Part shown: positions 50,490 through 51,837 of the stretch, in pieces
How positions within the stretch are numbered: the first letter of the stretch is position 1
How the letters are laid out: each line of letters begins with the position of its first letter
NCBI GenBank assembly: GCA_040775045.1
Contig: JAXGTH010000003.1
Coordinates: 1-51,837, forward strand
DNA from: Bacteroidales bacterium
Lineage (GTDB): Bacteria; Bacteroidota; Bacteroidia; Bacteroidales; B18-G4
DNA length: 51,837 nucleotides
Direction of reading: 5' to 3'
Made by a program: the position numbers and the translations under genes
The notes under the pieces: model-generated
What the model saw: the letters and a program-made list of their open reading frames with translations, nothing else
What the model was told of the DNA's origin: nothing
Databases searched by the model: none

Positions 50490-51837
50490 ATGACCAGTTT
50501 GCGTGATCTGGAAACCGGCGCTAAGGGTATCATCACAAAGATACGCGGCCGCGGTGCATTCAGAAAACGCATTGGAGAAATGGGATTCATCAGGGGCAAG
50601 GAAGTGACGGTCGTTCGCAGCGCACCGCTCAGGGATCCGGTCGATTACAGGGTGATGGGCTACGAGGTCAGTCTGCGCCGCAGCGAAGCTGCGCTTATTG
50701 AAGTGGCTACCGAAGACGAGATCCCTAAAAAGGCTAGAGAGCGGCATTTCGAAGGGGTTATCGCCGCCGATCCACTGAAGAAGATAGCACACGAAAAAGG
50801 GAGAACCATCGACGTTGCCCTGGTAGGGAACCCAAACAGTGGAAAGACCACTATATTCAACTTTGCCTCCCGTTCGAAACAAATGACCGGGAATTACGGC
50901 GGGGTGACCGTCGACTCCAAGATGGCCCGGTTCACCCTTGATTCGTATACCTTTAACCTTACCGACCTGCCGGGAACCTATTCCCTGACACATTATACGC
51001 CCGAAGAGCTTTTCGTGAGGGAGCACCTGCGTGAAAAAATGCCCGATATCGTGATCAATGTGGTCGATGCCTCCAACCTGGAACGGAATCTCTATCTCAC
51101 CACCCAGCTCATCGATATGGATATCCGGGTGGTGGTCGCCCTTAACATGCACGATGAAATGATCGACAAGGGCGACTGGTTCAATTACAAGGCCATGGGG
51201 CGGCTGCTGGGCATTCCTTTCGTTCCTACAGTCGGTTCACGGAGGAAAGGGATACGAGAGTTGTTCCGTAAAGTTATCGAGGTTTATGAAGACAGGGAGC
51301 CTGATGTGAGGCATATCCACATCAATTATGGCCAGGACATCGAAGAAGCCATCGGAAGGCTGCAGGAACTTGTACTTGAGGACAAAAGCACGACTGACCC
51401 GGCAGCTCCGCGCTATTACGCACTGAAACTACTTGAAAAGGACGACGACGTATGCAAGGTATTGACGGCCAAGACAAACTATGGCGAGATCAGGGGATTG
51501 GCCGAAAAGGAGATCAGGAAACTCGAAAGCCTTCACAGGGAAGATACTGAAACACTGATCACCGACGCCAGGTACGGGTTCATCGAAGGGGCGCTCAGGG
51601 AGACCTTCAGGGCAGGGAAAAAGGAAAAGGGCAGGCGATCACGTTTCATCGACAAATTCATTACGAGTCGTTACCTCAGCTACCCTATCTTTTTCCTCTT
51701 CATGTGGATCATGTTTGAAGCAACATTCCTTGTTGGCTCCTACCCCATGCAATGGATAGAGATGCTGGTGGAATATGCCGGGAGGGAAGTCGCTGCTCTC
51801 CTGCCCGAAGGGATGATCCGCGACATGATCGTCAACG
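50490..51837 (+). CDS. feoB: Ferrous iron transporter, FeoA-FeoB fusion (N-terminal 449 codons; the 3' end lies outside the window)
   Basis: Not in the ORF track because there is no stop in the window. My translation from ATG 50490 is MTSLRDLETGAKGIITKIRGRGAFRKRIGEMGFIRGKEVTVVRSAPLRDPVDYRVMGYEVSLRRSEA (FeoA SH3-like). It continues with ...IDVALVGNPNSGKTTIFN...TDLPGTYSL... (FeoB G-domain G1/G3 motifs). Confidence 0.85.
   Translation, partial: MTSLRDLETGAKGIITKIRGRGAFRKRIGEMGFIRGKEVTVVRSAPLRDPVDYRVMGYEVSLRRSEAALIEVATEDEIPKKARERHFEGVIAADPLKKIAHEKGRTIDVALVGNPNSGKTTIFNFASRSKQMTGNYGGVTVDSKMARFTLDSYTFNLTDLPGTYSLTHYTPEELFVREHLREKMPDIVINVVDASNLERNLYLTTQLIDMDIRVVVALNMHDEMIDKGDWFNYKAMGRLLGIPFVPTVGSRRKGIRELFRKVIEVYEDREPDVRHIHINYGQDIEEAIGRLQELVLEDKSTTDPAAPRYYALKLLEKDDDVCKVLTAKTNYGEIRGLAEKEIRKLESLHREDTETLITDARYGFIEGALRETFRAGKKEKGRRSRFIDKFITSRYLSYPIFFLFMWIMFEATFLVGSYPMQWIEMLVEYAGREVAALLPEGMIRDMIVN

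Noticed and set aside
50481-51152. A 223-aa minus-strand ORF at the end of the window.
   Set aside because: It is antisense to the unmistakable FeoA-FeoB reading frame. That frame is missing from the track only because it has no stop within the window.

Overview
The window reads as an ordinary chromosomal segment of a Bacteroidota genome. The evidence is the recurring TAnnTTTG -7 promoter boxes, a T9SS C-terminal sorting domain, a type III glutamine synthetase, a fused FeoA-FeoB, DUF4199-type genes, and G+C of roughly one half by eye. I support about 41 protein-coding genes, one tRNA-Lys(UUU) and one SRP (4.5S) RNA that the ORF track cannot show.

The content is mostly housekeeping:
- kdsA (3' fragment), a PiT phosphate transporter, glnN, and a Na+/solute symporter.
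- A glycan and heptose-nucleotide cluster (HddC-like, GmhB-like, HddA-like, GT4, GT2, DUF4199), interrupted by a ClC channel and a Zn-ribbon methyltransferase.
- tsaC, then the known alpha-2-macroglobulin plus PBP1C pair.
- mutL followed by two rhomboids, a BNR/T9SS protein and an EEP-family protein.
- uvrB, cysQ, two FKBP isomerases, nrnA, ndk, an XRE regulator, an Omp85-like barrel, and feoAB (5' part).

I see no transposase, integrase, CRISPR array, rRNA or recognisable known defence system.

The best candidate for something undescribed is at about 2.86-7.64 kb. A polytopic membrane protein is translationally coupled to a SUKH(SMI1/KNR4)-TPR protein. Both lie tail-to-tail with a 911-aa protein that has a duplicated unknown N-terminal module and two CbxX/SpoVK-type AAA+ domains. 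This is a hypothesis built on domain logic, not a demonstrated system.

The most striking sequence-level signals are:
- Many unrelated short tandem repeats with a strict 7-nt period, confined to intergenic regions. They resemble cyanobacterial STRR elements.
- A duplicated 15-nt hairpin motif flanked by TTCC-rich repeats.
- A roughly 490-bp AT-rich divergent region carrying five TTACA-N2-TGTAA palindromes next to the XRE gene.

All family assignments come from motif recognition by eye, with no searches run. Coordinates of non-ORF features were hand-counted against ORF anchors and may be off by 1-2 nt.
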